Shown: in pieces, positions 48,495 through 59,437 of the stretch
How positions within the stretch are numbered: position 1 is the stretch's first letter
Layout: every line of letters begins with the position of its first letter
Origin: Syntrophaceae bacterium
GTDB taxonomy: Bacteria > Desulfobacterota > Desulfomonilia > UBA1062
Assembly (NCBI GenBank): GCA_039680665.1
Contig: JBDKSM010000034.1
Coordinates: 4,206-68,205 of the forward strand
DNA length: 64,000 bases
Direction of reading: 5' to 3'
Translations under genes and position numbers: made by a program
The notes under the pieces: model-generated
What the model was told of the DNA's origin: nothing
The model's database searches: none
What the model saw: the letters and a program-made list of their open reading frames with translations, nothing else

Positions 48495-50682
48495 AGGACT
48501 TCACCAATACCTTTCTGGGTTTGCCGGCCGTGTCGGCCGGGCCGAGGATGCCGTCATGCTCCATCTGTTCGATGATGCGCGCCGCGCGGTTGTAGCCGAT
48601 ACGGAAGCGCCGCTGGATGAGCGAAATCGAAGCCGTGCCCTTATTCGTGACGAATTCCAGGGCCTCGTCGTACATGGGGTCATAGCCATCGACTTTAGAG
48701 CCGTTGCCGTTCGTCTCCACGCCCATGACGGTCTCGATATGCTCCTCGATGTCCTTGACGTATTCCGGCCCTTTCTGTTCCTTGATGAAGGTGACCACCT
48801 TGTCGACCTCGTCCTCGGAGACGTACGCCCCGTGCACGCGTACCAGGCCGGAGTTGCCCGGCGTCAGGAGCAGCATGTCGCCCATGCCTAAGAGCTGTTC
48901 GGCGCCTGAGCCGTCCAGGATGGTGCGCGAGTCGATCTTGGAAGAGACACGGAAGGAGATGCGGGTCGGGAAATTGGCCTTGATCAGGCCCGTAACCACG
49001 TCCACCGAGGGCCGCTGGGTGGCCACGATCATGTACATGCCGGCGGCGCGGGCCATCTGGGCCAACCGGGCGATATACTCCTCCACCTCGCGGTTGACCA
49101 TCATGAGGTCGGCCATCTCGTCGATTACGATCACCAGGCGCGGTAGTATCCCCAGCACGCCTTCATCCTCATAACGCATGGCCAGCGTGGTGGTGGCATC
49201 CTTGTTGTCGGCCTTGACCTTGCGGTTGAAGGACTCCACGCTCTTGACGCCCAGATCCTTGAAGAGCCCGTAGCGCGTCTCCATCTCGGCCACGGCCCAC
49301 TTGAGGATCGGCAGGGCCAGCTTGGGATCGGTCACCACCGGGTGCAGAAGGTGCGGGATGCCCTCGTAGTGCGAGAGCTCGATGCGCTTGGGGTCGATCA
49401 TGATGAACTTGAGCTCGGAAGGATCGCAGCGGTAGAGCAGGGACAGAATCATGGTATTGAGGCCCACGCTCTTGCCCGTGCCCGTGGCGCCGGCGATCAA
49501 GAGGTGGGGCATCTTGGCCAGGTCCTGCACCACCGGGCCGCCCTCAATGTCCGAGCCCAGGGCCAGGGACAGGGGCGCCTGCGATGACAGGAAGGCCTTG
49601 CTGGACAGGATATTGCGCAGGTACACGATCTCGCGCGTGCGGTTGGGGATCTCGATGCCCACGGCGTTTTTGTTGGGGATGGGGGCCACCACCCGCACGG
49701 GCGAGGCCTTCAAGGCCATGGCCAGGTCATCGGCCAGGTTGACGATCTTGTTGATCTTGATGCCGGGCGCAGGCGTGAACTCGTACATGGTGATCAACGG
49801 GCCGGGCTTGATCTCGAGGATCTCGCCGTCCACGCCGAAGTCCTTAAGCTTAGTGGTGATGAGCTCGGCGTTGGCCTTGAGCTCCTTGGGCGTGATGGAG
49901 CGCGCCGTGCTTTCCGGTTCCTTGAGGAGTTGGCGCGGCGGCAGCTGGTAATCGTCGATGAACCCCAATCGCGCCTGGATGGGGATTTCCTTGACCTCGT
50001 CCAAATCGTCGTCCTGCAGGCGGGAGATCTGCGGTTCTTTCTTCTTTCTGCGCTCGGCCTTTTCTTCGCCGCCGGCGGCGATGATCGCTGGCGCGCCGGG
50101 CGCGGCGGCCACCGCTGCGCGCGAGCGGGGCTTCTCTTTTCTCTCCAGGATCAGCAGTCCCCTGGCCAGGTTTACGAGGCGCTCCATGTCGTAGCCCAGC
50201 ATGAGGGCGGCTAAGAGCATGGTGAGCAGCAGGATGAGCGCCCCCCAGGGATTCAGATAGGCCTTCAGGCCCTTGCCGACTACGGCGCCGAGAGCGCCGC
50301 CGGCCTTTACGGCACCGCCCAGGACGGCGCTTTCACCGAAGAAGACCCCCAGCAGGCTTAAAAACACGAACAGGATGATGAAGCTCGACAAGAGCTTGAT
50401 CCAGTGGATTTCACGCCGCCGGAAGATCAGGTAGGCGTACTCGGCGAAGAAGAGCGGGATGGCGGCCGCGCCTAAGCCCAGCAGCACGATCAGGCCGTCG
50501 GCGATATACGCCCCCACCAGGCCCATCCAGTTGTTGATCTGCTCGGTCCTGGTGGCATGCGAGAAGCCGGGATCGCTTGCGGAATACGAGACCAGCGCCA
50601 GGATCAGGAACAGACCCAGGGCGCCCAAGCCAAGCGCAATGACCTGCTGCTTGTCGATGGGGGGCGAGGATTTCTTCGGCAT
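48472..50682 (-). CDS. ftsK: DNA translocase FtsK
   Basis: 4TM N-terminus; MPHLLIAGATGTGKS, IDEMADLMM, ATQRPSVDV, gamma domain QRRFRIGYNRAAR. Confidence 0.97.
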   Translation of the reverse strand: MPKKSSPPIDKQQVIALGLGALGLFLILALVSYSASDPGFSHATRTEQINNWMGLVGAYIADGLIVLLGLGAAAIPLFFAEYAYLIFRRREIHWIKLLSSFIILFVFLSLLGVFFGESAVLGGAVKAGGALGAVVGKGLKAYLNPWGALILLLTMLLAALMLGYDMERLVNLARGLLILERKEKPRSRAAVAAAPGAPAIIAAGGEEKAERRKKKEPQISRLQDDDLDEVKEIPIQARLGFIDDYQLPPRQLLKEPESTARSITPKELKANAELITTKLKDFGVDGEILEIKPGPLITMYEFTPAPGIKINKIVNLADDLAMALKASPVRVVAPIPNKNAVGIEIPNRTREIVYLRNILSSKAFLSSQAPLSLALGSDIEGGPVVQDLAKMPHLLIAGATGTGKSVGLNTMILSLLYRCDPSELKFIMIDPKRIELSHYEGIPHLLHPVVTDPKLALPILKWAVAEMETRYGLFKDLGVKSVESFNRKVKADNKDATTTLAMRYEDEGVLGILPRLVIVIDEMADLMMVNREVEEYIARLAQMARAAGMYMIVATQRPSVDVVTGLIKANFPTRISFRVSSKIDSRTILDGSGAEQLLGMGDMLLLTPGNSGLVRVHGAYVSEDEVDKVVTFIKEQKGPEYVKDIEEHIETVMGVETNGNGSKVDGYDPMYDEALEFVTNKGTASISLIQRRFRIGYNRAARIIEQMEHDGILGPADTAGKPRKVLVKSYAKEMEE

Positions 50683-50734
50683 CGGGGCTATAGTACCCTC
50701 AGTGCGTGAACCGGCACAAGCTTAAAAATCTTCA

Positions 50735-52342
50735 TCAGATCTCCATGATGATCGGGATGATCATGGGCTTCTTGCCCAGGCGTGCCTTCAGGCAGCGTCC
50801 GAGCTCCTCCTTGAGGAGGCTCTGGATGCCCGGGATATCCAGATCGCCCCGTAAGGAGGCATGCAGGACCTCGCCGGCCTTGCGCCTGAGCTCATCCATG
50901 ATCTCCGGCTCCATGGGGGCCGGCACTACGCCCTTGCCCATGACGTCAGGGCCGAAAGCCACGGCCCCGGTGGCGGCCTCGATGACCGCGAAGGCCACGA
51001 TAAGTCCGCCTTCCGAGATATGCCGCCGGTCCCTTAAGACCATGTCCTTGAGGTCGCCGGTCAGCTCGCCGTCCACGAAGCACTTGCCGTGCGGCGCCTC
51101 GCCGCTTAAACGCACCCCATCCTGTTCCAGGGTCCAGACCTGTCCGGGCTTGGACATGAGGATCTCCGGCGTGCCCTGGTCAGCGGCCAGATCGGCCAGG
51201 GCCTTCATATGGCGCAGCTCGCCGTGGATGGGCATGACGATCTCTGGTTGGAGCTGATCCAGGGCCTTGGCGATCTCGTCATGCGTGGCATGCCCCGTGG
51301 CATGCACCTCGGAGTTCTCGGCGTAGAACACCTTGGCTCCAAACTCGATCAGCTGATCGATGCAGCGCCCGATGGCATATTCGTTGCCGGGAATCACGCG
51401 GGCCGAGACGATGACGCTGTCCCCCTCCCTGACCTTGAACTTGTGCCACCCGCGCGAGATCAGGGACAGGGCTGAATAGATCTCGCCCTGGGCGCCGGTG
51501 CAGATGATCATGAGCCTACCGCGGTCCGTGGCGTTCACGAGTTCGGCGTCGACAAGGCGGGCCGGGTCCAGGCGCATGAACCCTTTTTCACCGGCGATCT
51601 CCACCACCTCGTGCATGCTGCGGCCGATGATGGCCACCCGGCGGTCATGGCGCTGCGCGATGTCATAGAGGCGCTGAATGCGCTGCACATGGCTGGAAAA
51701 GGTCGAAATCACCACGGCCCCGGAGGTCTGACGCACGATGTCATCGATATTGGCTAGGATTTTGTCTTCGTCGCGGCCCTTGGGGTCTTTCTCGGCGTTG
51801 GTGCTCTCGCACATGAAGAGCCGCACCTTCCCCAGGTCGGCGAAGCCGCCGGGCGCAAAGCGGAAATCTCCGGAATGCACGATCAAGCCCTGCGAGGTGG
51901 TGAGCACCAGGGAGATGCAGCCCACCGTGGAATGCACCACCGGGATCGGTTCGATCCGCATGCCGGCCAGCGTGACGCCCCGGCCTTCGTTTAATTCCTG
52001 AAGGTCCACGCGGCCGTCCAGATCGAACTCACGGAGCTTGCGCTTGACGAGCTCGAGCGTGAAGGGGTGCGCATAAACCGGGATGGGCGCATCCTTCAAA
52101 AGGTATGGCAGGGCCCCGATATGGTCTTCGTGGCCGTGCGTGAGCACGATGCCCTGGAAGGCCTCCTGGTTGTCGATGACATAGCGGAAATCCGGGACGA
52201 TCTGGTCGATACCGGTCAAGGTGTAGCGCGGGAACATCAACCCGGCGTCGATGATGATCGACCCGCGGCTGGTCTCGATGACCGTGGAGTTGAGGCCGAA
52301 TTCCCGCACCCCGCCCAAGGGGATGATACGCACGAAGCTCAT
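50735..52342 (-). CDS. rnj: ribonuclease J
   Basis: IIPLGG..EFG.N, THGHEDHIG, ESTN, IPGNE, HATGH, PIHGE. Confidence 0.93.
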   Translation of the reverse strand: MSFVRIIPLGGVREFGLNSTVIETSRGSIIIDAGLMFPRYTLTGIDQIVPDFRYVIDNQEAFQGIVLTHGHEDHIGALPYLLKDAPIPVYAHPFTLELVKRKLREFDLDGRVDLQELNEGRGVTLAGMRIEPIPVVHSTVGCISLVLTTSQGLIVHSGDFRFAPGGFADLGKVRLFMCESTNAEKDPKGRDEDKILANIDDIVRQTSGAVVISTFSSHVQRIQRLYDIAQRHDRRVAIIGRSMHEVVEIAGEKGFMRLDPARLVDAELVNATDRGRLMIICTGAQGEIYSALSLISRGWHKFKVREGDSVIVSARVIPGNEYAIGRCIDQLIEFGAKVFYAENSEVHATGHATHDEIAKALDQLQPEIVMPIHGELRHMKALADLAADQGTPEILMSKPGQVWTLEQDGVRLSGEAPHGKCFVDGELTGDLKDMVLRDRRHISEGGLIVAFAVIEAATGAVAFGPDVMGKGVVPAPMEPEIMDELRRKAGEVLHASLRGDLDIPGIQSLLKEELGRCLKARLGKKPMIIPIIMEI

Positions 52343-53601
52343 ACGCCGGCCCCGATGAGGTTCTGCATGGCCCGGCGTAGGCTGTCTCGCGCCTGCTCGA
52401 CGTCCGAGAGGGTCTGCATGGGAATGGGGATATGACCCAGCATGATCGGTTCCCCGATGCGGATGGTCACGGTCACGCGCTTGATCGAGGAGGTCCAGCG
52501 CGGCATGAGGGCATAGGCCCCGGAAATTCCCACCGGGATCACGGGACGGCCCATGGCCAGCAGAAGACGCAGCGTGCCGAATTTATATGGCAGCAGGCGG
52601 TTGTCCCAGCAGCGTTCGCCTTCGGGGAATATGCCCAAGACATGGCCCTCCTGGACTACGCGCACGGCGTTGCGCACCGCGCTTGGGTCCGTGGTGTAGC
52701 GCCGCACCGGAAACGCACCGGCCTTGGTCAGGAGGTACTTCATGATGGGTTTGCGCATCTCGGAGTTCTTGGCCATGAACCAGATGATACGCCGGCTGAA
52801 CGTGCCCAGGATGACGGAATCCAGGAAGGAACAATGGTTGGGCAGCACGATGGCCGGGCCGAAGGCCGGGATGTTCTCAATCCCCTCGACCTTTACGGGG
52901 AACAGGAGCTTGATAAGGCCCTTGATGAGCTTGCGCAGGACGAGGAACAAGGTGCTGGAGTCGCGCTTATATGTCCGGTGTACGGGCACTCTCAACTGCA
53001 TATGCCCCTTGGCGATCCGTGGGGCCTTCAGGTAATCGTGCGCGAATCGCACGCGGGGGTAGAACTCGATGATCCTGTCCGCATGCACCCCCGCCATGGC
53101 CTTGCGGACGCAGTCCTCCCACTTCTTCCCCGATTCCTCCAGGAAATCGAAGAAGAGCGGGGGCCTGTCCTTCACGACTACGATCAAGGTGTCGGACTCG
53201 ATGGTCAGCGAGGTGATCGTGGCGATCGGAAGCGCAAGAGGGGTGTGCGCTCCGGAGAAGACGAGCCGGTCGGGCCACAGGGTCAGGATGCCGGTCTCGA
53301 CGGGCCGGCGTGCATAGTGGGTGGCGCGCATGCCCGCGAAACCGAGGTAGCGCCCGCGGGCCTCCTCTTCGGAGAGCCGCACGCGTTTGCTCTTCAGGAT
53401 CGGGGTTGCGGCGGGTCTCGGCAGGGCCTGGGCCTGAATCATGTCGTACCACGCGCCGACCGTCCGCAGTTCGCCGTTTATGGCTACATGCGTGCGCGAG
53501 ACGAGCTTAAGGTGTGCCCCGCAGTTCGTGCAGGTCGCGTGCGCATCCATCCAGTCAAAGGCGGCGCAGTGGGGACAGCGGTAGAGGATATCAGTAATCA
53601 T
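52339..53601 (-). CDS. lysophospholipid acyltransferase (PlsC family) with N-terminal Zn-ribbon/beta-rich extension
   Basis: LYRCPHC..CTNC; C-terminal NHCSFLD, FMAK, GAFPVRR, IFPEGER. Confidence 0.85.
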   Translation of the reverse strand: MITDILYRCPHCAAFDWMDAHATCTNCGAHLKLVSRTHVAINGELRTVGAWYDMIQAQALPRPAATPILKSKRVRLSEEEARGRYLGFAGMRATHYARRPVETGILTLWPDRLVFSGAHTPLALPIATITSLTIESDTLIVVVKDRPPLFFDFLEESGKKWEDCVRKAMAGVHADRIIEFYPRVRFAHDYLKAPRIAKGHMQLRVPVHRTYKRDSSTLFLVLRKLIKGLIKLLFPVKVEGIENIPAFGPAIVLPNHCSFLDSVILGTFSRRIIWFMAKNSEMRKPIMKYLLTKAGAFPVRRYTTDPSAVRNAVRVVQEGHVLGIFPEGERCWDNRLLPYKFGTLRLLLAMGRPVIPVGISGAYALMPRWTSSIKRVTVTIRIGEPIMLGHIPIPMQTLSDVEQARDSLRRAMQNLIGAGV

Positions 53602-53843
53602 CACTTCGCCTTGTGCAGGCTCTTTGTTAAGGGCATACGGGAGAGATGTACTTGACTCGACCCCAAAAGTCAAGCCGCCATTCCCAGGCCCGGCCTTGGT
53701 CTCCGGCGGGGTTTCCTAAAGCTTGATTCGCCGCGAAAACGACAGCGGAGTGCGGCCTTTGTCAAGCGCTCTTCCAAGGATTAAAACCTTGACTTGTCCG
53801 GGTAAAGTTGGGTAGGTTTCCTTAAGAATCTTCAGGAGGCGCT

Positions 53844-54260
53844 ATGGCGGGATCGCTCAATAAAGTAATGCTGATCGGGAGACTGGGCAAAGACCCGGAG
53901 ATGAGGTTCACCCCCAGCGGCCGGGCCGTTACGAATTTCACCATGGCCACGGACGAAAGCTGGGTGGACCAGGGCGGCGAGCGCCAGGAGCGCACGGAGT
54001 GGCACCGCATCGTCACCTGGGGCAAGCTGGCCGAAAACTGCGCCAAGCTCCTGTCCAAGGGCAAGCTGGTCTATGTGGAAGGCCGTATCCAGTCGCGTTC
54101 ATGGGACGACAAGGACGGCAACAAGCGCTATATCACCGAAATTATCGCGGGCGGCATGCAGATCTTAAGCCCCAAGGAAGGCGGCGAGCCTCGTGACATA
54201 TCCGAAGGCGTACAAGGCGGGGCTGCCGAGCCCGAGGGCTTCGACGATATTCCGTTTTAG
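53844..54260 (+). CDS. ssb: single-stranded DNA-binding protein
   Basis: [27 protein letters not shown] tail. Confidence 0.97.
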   Translation: MAGSLNKVMLIGRLGKDPEMRFTPSGRAVTNFTMATDESWVDQGGERQERTEWHRIVTWGKLAENCAKLLSKGKLVYVEGRIQSRSWDDKDGNKRYITEIIAGGMQILSPKEGGEPRDISEGVQGGAAEPEGFDDIPF

Positions 54261-54323
54261 ATCCGGCCGTACATTTTACGGCGCCAGGTGACGGGGCCTT
54301 GCCGGACGGCCGCCGCGAGGCCT

Positions 54324-55301
54324 TCAGACCTCAGGGTTCTCCGCCGCGCAGGGCGGGCCGTAGACGCGAATGATCTCTACAAAGGCATCGACAATCACGG
54401 GGTCCAGGACGTTTTCTTTCATGGATGACAGGATCGCCAGGGCGTCATCAACGCTGTACGCCCCGCGGTATGATCGTTGCGTGGTCAGGGCGTCATAGAC
54501 ATCGGCCACGGCTACGATACGCGCCTCCAGCGGTATGGCGCTGCCTTTAATGCCGAACGGATAGCCTTGGCCGTCATAGCGTTCGTGGTGGGAAAGGATA
54601 ATGTTGACCGTGGTGTCCGAAAGCCTGGCATCCTTGACGACATCGGCCCCCCACAGCGGGTGGTTCTTGATGATATGCATCTCAGCCTCGTCCAGCGGTC
54701 CCTCGCCGTGCAGGATGGTCTCCGAGATGCCGATCTTGCCGCAGTCGTGCAGCCAACTGCCGTATTTGATGGCCGTCATGCGTTCTTCCGGGATCGCGAC
54801 GGACTTGGCGATCGCCAGGGCATACTCGGCCACCCGTTCGGAATGGCCTTTGGTATACGGGTCCTTGAGCTCCAGGGCATGAATCAGGGACAGCATGGTG
54901 CCTTCATCGCCCACGCGGATCGATTTCTTCAGCCGATAGCGCTGAAAAGCGTCCTCCACCATCTCGATCAGGGCAAAATTGTCCCAGGGTTTGACCACGA
55001 AGCGGAAGGCCTCGGCCTTGTTTATAGCGTCGATGGCGGTCTGGAGGCTGGCATAGCCGGTCATCAGGATATTGACCGTATCGGGCGAGAGGACCTTGAC
55101 GCGTGATAAGAGCTCAATGCCGGTCATGTGCGGCATCATGTTGTCGGAGACCAGTACCGCGATCTCGTGTTCCTTGACCAGATTGAGAGCCTCGCTCGGG
55201 TTGCTGGTGGTCAGGATCTCGATGCCCCGGTCGTTAAAAATGCGCTCCGCAAGGTTTAAAATGAAATCCTCGTCATCTACGAAGAGTATGTCTTCCTTCA
55301 T
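54324..55301 (-). CDS. response regulator with HD-GYP phosphodiesterase (RpfG-like)
   Basis: ILFVDD, SDNMMP, KPW; YTKGHSERVA, LHDCGKI, HHERYDGQGYP, ADVYDAL. Confidence 0.93.
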   Translation of the reverse strand: MKEDILFVDDEDFILNLAERIFNDRGIEILTTSNPSEALNLVKEHEIAVLVSDNMMPHMTGIELLSRVKVLSPDTVNILMTGYASLQTAIDAINKAEAFRFVVKPWDNFALIEMVEDAFQRYRLKKSIRVGDEGTMLSLIHALELKDPYTKGHSERVAEYALAIAKSVAIPEERMTAIKYGSWLHDCGKIGISETILHGEGPLDEAEMHIIKNHPLWGADVVKDARLSDTTVNIILSHHERYDGQGYPFGIKGSAIPLEARIVAVADVYDALTTQRSYRGAYSVDDALAILSSMKENVLDPVIVDAFVEIIRVYGPPCAAENPEV

Positions 55302-55528
55302 GCCGGCCCTTTGCTTTGTGTTCGTTACGTTATAGCACAGGTCTTCAAAGCATCTCAAGGGAACACTTGTCCCCAGTAACATCCTTATCGTCGGCAAGAG
55401 TTCTAAATATTAGACCTTTTCCCGGGAGATGGTCCGGCGGCGGGCTGGTTGCCGGAAATACTTAATAAAATAAGATAATTGAAAGGAGACGGCCCGTGGT
55501 TGTCATGCCCCCATGGTTGTGATATGGG

Positions 55529-55864
55529 TTGTGCGTGCGGGCAATCGGTGAAGTGGTGGCGATCTCAATAGACGGCAAGCCTTCCGTATACGGCCGGATT
55601 GAAGGCTATGAAGCCGACCGGAAGCCACGCTGGTACCAGGTCGACATTCTGCTGCTCACCTTTCCGCCCCAGAACCTTACCTGGATCTTGAGAGAGGAAC
55701 AGATCGACGGAGAGGCCTTCACCATGGACGGCGTTCCGGTCATGATACAAGCGGTGCCCGGGCGACAATCGGCACCGGTATCGGGAGAGAAAAAGCGCCC
55801 GCGTCCGGGGACGGTGATATCGCTGGCGGCGAGGTCCGGGAACAAGCCCACCGGCGATACTTGA
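55529..55864 (+). CDS. hypothetical protein
   Basis: Coherent ORF in gene order (WYQV.ILLL..P...TWILREEQIDG..FTM.G); start uncertain. Confidence 0.65.
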   Translation: MCVRAIGEVVAISIDGKPSVYGRIEGYEADRKPRWYQVDILLLTFPPQNLTWILREEQIDGEAFTMDGVPVMIQAVPGRQSAPVSGEKKRPRPGTVISLAARSGNKPTGDT

Positions 55865-55874
55865 AGGGGAATAT

Positions 55875-56432
55875 ATGGACAGGGATACGGCGCTTAAGCT
55901 TCTGGCGGATCATATCGAACAGGATAATCTGAAGAAACATTGCCTGGCCACCGAGGCGGTGATGCGCCATCTGGCCAAGCGGCTCGGATTCGATGAAGAT
56001 ACCTGGGGACTGGCGGGCCTTCTGCACGACCTTGACTATAGCGCCACCAAGGACGATATGGCGCGCCATGGACTTCTGACGGCCGAGATCCTGCAAGGTC
56101 TGGGAATACCCCCGGAGATCAGCGATGCCATCAAGGCCCACAATGCCGAAAATTTGGGGCTCAAGCGGTGCGCGCCGATCGATTTCGCGTTGACGGCCGG
56201 GGAGACCATCACCGGCCTTATCGTCGCGGTGGCCCTGGTATACCCGGACAAACGCCTCAAAAGCGTGAAGCCGTCTTCGGTGGTCAAACGTATGAAAGAG
56301 GCGCACTTCGCCCGTACGGTGAACCGCGAGCATATCATGCTGTGCGAAAAGGTGGGGCTTGACCTGCCTGAATTCGTACAAATATCCCTGTCGGCCATGG
56401 CCGACATCGATAGCGAACTCGGCCTGGCCTAG
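55875..56432 (+). CDS. HDIG-domain metal-dependent phosphohydrolase
   Basis: KHCLATEAVM, GLLHDLDY, AIKAHN. Confidence 0.9.
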   Translation: MDRDTALKLLADHIEQDNLKKHCLATEAVMRHLAKRLGFDEDTWGLAGLLHDLDYSATKDDMARHGLLTAEILQGLGIPPEISDAIKAHNAENLGLKRCAPIDFALTAGETITGLIVAVALVYPDKRLKSVKPSSVVKRMKEAHFARTVNREHIMLCEKVGLDLPEFVQISLSAMADIDSELGLA

Positions 56433-56613
56433 GCATGACCATGGGGGCTTGTGTTTTTCCGGGTACTGCCGGGCGTGCCGTTCTGGTTTTTCTCCTCCGC
56501 GGCGGGGATGGGAAACCGATATCCCTGGGCTTTTAAAACGCAGGCTCAAAGGCTTTGGATTTGCAATTAAAGTCGCAATTTGCGGCTGCCGATAGACTTA
56601 TCCAAGGAGTGGT

Positions 56614-58317
56614 ATGGCGAACGAACGCATTGGAGAAAGGTTAGTCCGGAACGCACTCATCACCCAAGACCAGCTCGTCGAAGCCCAGAGGGCGCAGAAG
56701 GCCAGCGGCACCCGCTTGGGTTCGCAACTGGTAAAACTGGGGTACCTTTCGGAAGAGCAGTTGGTCGAATTCCTCGGCCAGCAATATGGCCTTCCGGCCA
56801 TCGTGCTCAAGACGGTCCACCCTGATCAGGAAACCGTCAAGCTGGTGCCCTTGAACGTGGTCCAGAAGTATATGGCCATTCCCTTCGAACGCCAGGGCTC
56901 GACGCTCAAGGTGGCCATGACCGATCCGGCCAATATCTTTGCCGTCGACGATCTGAAATTTTTGACCGGTTATTCCATCGAGGTCTACGTGACCTCCGAG
57001 GAGTCGCTCAAGTGGGCCATCGACCATTTCTATGACAATTCGGCCTCCCTGGGCGAGGCCTTGGCCACCATGGAGGAGGAAGACGGGTCCATCGAACTGG
57101 CCGAGGGCATGGACGAGGTCTCGGTCGGCGCCATGGAAAAGGAGGCCGAAGAGGCCCCGGTCATCAAGCTGTGCAACCTGATCCTGATAGATGCCATCAA
57201 GAAGGGCGCCAGCGATATCCACATCGAACCCTACGAGAAGTTCATGCGCATCCGTTTCCGCATCGACGGCATGCTGCAGGAAGTCATGAAGCCGCCCATG
57301 CGGCTCAAGAACGCCATTATCAGCCGCCTCAAGATCATGTCCAAACTGGACATCGCCGAACGGCGGCTGCCCCAGGACGGCCGCATCAAGCTGCGCATCC
57401 AGGGCGGACGCGAGGTGGAATTCCGCGTCTCGGTCCTGCCGACGCTCTTCGGTGAAAAAGTGGTTATGCGTATCCTGGACAAATCCAGCCTCCAACTGGA
57501 CATGACCAAGCTGGGCTTCGAGGAAGAAGCCCTGATGCATTTCAAGGAAGGCATCTACAAACCCTGGGGCATGGTGCTGGTCACGGGACCGACCGGGAGC
57601 GGCAAAACCACCACCCTGTATTCCGCCATCTCGGAGCTCAACAAGATCGAGACCAACATCTCCACGGCCGAAGACCCGGTCGAGTTCGATCTGGCCGGCG
57701 TCAACCAGGTACAGATGCATGAGGAGATCGGGTTGACCTTTGCGGCTTCCCTGCGCTCTTTCCTGCGGCAGGACCCGGACATTATCCTGGTGGGCGAGAT
57801 CCGTGACTTCGAGACGGCCGAGATCGGCATCAAGGCCGCCCTGACCGGTCACTTGGTGCTCTCCACGCTGCATACCAACGACGCGCCATCGACCATCAAC
57901 CGGCTTCTGAACATGGGTATCGAGCCGTTCTTGGTGGCGTCATCGGTCAATCTCATCGTGGCGCAACGGTTGGCCCGCAAGATCTGCCCCCACTGCTCGA
58001 CCACGGACGACATCTCCAAGGAGACCCTCATTCAAATGGGCATGGACCCGGAAGAGGCCAAGAACGTGGTCTGTTCGATTGGGCAGGGTTGCACGATGTG
58101 CAACAACACCGGGTTCAAGGGCCGGATCGCGCTCTATGAGGTCATGACGGTCAATGATCCGATCAAGGAACTCGTGCTCATGGGGGCATCCGGCAGCGAA
58201 ATCAAGAAAGAGGCCATTAACCAGGGGATGAAAACCCTGCGGCAGAGCGGCCTGACAAAGGTTGCCCAGGGCGTTACCTCGGTGGCCGAGGTGCTCAGAA
58301 CCACAATGGCCGACTAG
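56614..58317 (+). CDS. pilB: type IV pilus assembly ATPase PilB
   Basis: MshEN-like N-terminus; ASDIHIEP, GPTGSGKTT, LRQDPD, CPHC/CTMC. Confidence 0.96.
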   Translation: MANERIGERLVRNALITQDQLVEAQRAQKASGTRLGSQLVKLGYLSEEQLVEFLGQQYGLPAIVLKTVHPDQETVKLVPLNVVQKYMAIPFERQGSTLKVAMTDPANIFAVDDLKFLTGYSIEVYVTSEESLKWAIDHFYDNSASLGEALATMEEEDGSIELAEGMDEVSVGAMEKEAEEAPVIKLCNLILIDAIKKGASDIHIEPYEKFMRIRFRIDGMLQEVMKPPMRLKNAIISRLKIMSKLDIAERRLPQDGRIKLRIQGGREVEFRVSVLPTLFGEKVVMRILDKSSLQLDMTKLGFEEEALMHFKEGIYKPWGMVLVTGPTGSGKTTTLYSAISELNKIETNISTAEDPVEFDLAGVNQVQMHEEIGLTFAASLRSFLRQDPDIILVGEIRDFETAEIGIKAALTGHLVLSTLHTNDAPSTINRLLNMGIEPFLVASSVNLIVAQRLARKICPHCSTTDDISKETLIQMGMDPEEAKNVVCSIGQGCTMCNNTGFKGRIALYEVMTVNDPIKELVLMGASGSEIKKEAINQGMKTLRQSGLTKVAQGVTSVAEVLRTTMAD

Positions 58318-58330
58318 GCGGGAGGTACAT

Positions 58331-59434
58331 TTGGAAACGAACATATACGACATGCTCAAGAAGATGGTGGAAAAAGGGGCCTCGGATCTGCATATCACGA
58401 CCGGGTCGCCTCCCCAGATCCGGGTCAGGGGTGAACTGGTCCCCATGGATGAGCCCATCCTGGGGGCGCCTGATACAAGGCAGCTGCTCTACTCCCTCCT
58501 GACCGAAGTGCAGAAGCACCGTTTCGAGGAAGAGCTCGAGCTTGACTTCTCCTTCGGCATCAAGGGCCTGGCCCGTTTCAGGGGCAACATCTTCGTACAG
58601 CGCGGCGCGCCGGCCGGTGTCTTCCGGATGATACCCTATGAGATCTTTCCCCTGGAAAGCTTGGGGTTGCCCAACATCGTTGGTAAGGTTACCTCGTACC
58701 CCCGCGGCATGATCCTGGTCACCGGACCGACCGGCAGCGGCAAGTCCACGACCCTGGCCAGTTTCCTGGACAAGATCAATAAGGAACGCCACAACCATAT
58801 CGTCACCATTGAGGACCCCATCGAATTCGTGCATAAACACAAAGGCTGTCTGGTCAACCAGCGCGAGATCGGGGCGGACACGAAGAATTTCGTCAATGCC
58901 CTGAAATATATCCTGCGCCAGGACCCTGACGTGGTCTTCATCGGCGAGATGCGTGATCTTGAGACCATGCAGGCCGCCTTGACCATCTCCGAGACCGGAC
59001 ATTTGGTGTTCGCCACGTTGCACACCAACTCGGCGGTCCAGACCGTCAACCGGGTCATCGATGCCTTCCCGGCCCACCAGCAGTCTCAGGTGCGGGCCCA
59101 GCTGGCCTTCGTGCTCGAGGGCGTCATCGCCCAGCAGCTTATCCCCCGCGCGGACGGCAAAGGCCGGGTTCTGGCGGCCGAGGTTATGCTGACCACGCCC
59201 GCCATCCGCAACCTCATCCGGGAAGACAAGATCCACCAGATCTACTCCCAGATGCAGGTCGGACAATCCAAACACGGCATGCAGACCATGAATCAGTCCC
59301 TCTATAACCTCTTCAGCAAGAAGTTGATCTCCCTGGAAGACGCCCTGGGCTGGTCGGTCGATCCGGACGAATTGCGCCAGATGATGGCCACGCCGAGCTC
59401 GCAACGTGGCTCAGGCGCGAGCGAGAGGAGATAA
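58331..59434 (+). CDS. pilT: type IV pilus retraction ATPase PilT
   Basis: GGAGG + TTG start; ASDLHI, GPTGSGKST, AIRNLIRE, GMQTM. Confidence 0.96.
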   Translation: METNIYDMLKKMVEKGASDLHITTGSPPQIRVRGELVPMDEPILGAPDTRQLLYSLLTEVQKHRFEEELELDFSFGIKGLARFRGNIFVQRGAPAGVFRMIPYEIFPLESLGLPNIVGKVTSYPRGMILVTGPTGSGKSTTLASFLDKINKERHNHIVTIEDPIEFVHKHKGCLVNQREIGADTKNFVNALKYILRQDPDVVFIGEMRDLETMQAALTISETGHLVFATLHTNSAVQTVNRVIDAFPAHQQSQVRAQLAFVLEGVIAQQLIPRADGKGRVLAAEVMLTTPAIRNLIREDKIHQIYSQMQVGQSKHGMQTMNQSLYNLFSKKLISLEDALGWSVDPDELRQMMATPSSQRGSGASERR

Positions 59435-59437
59435 ACT

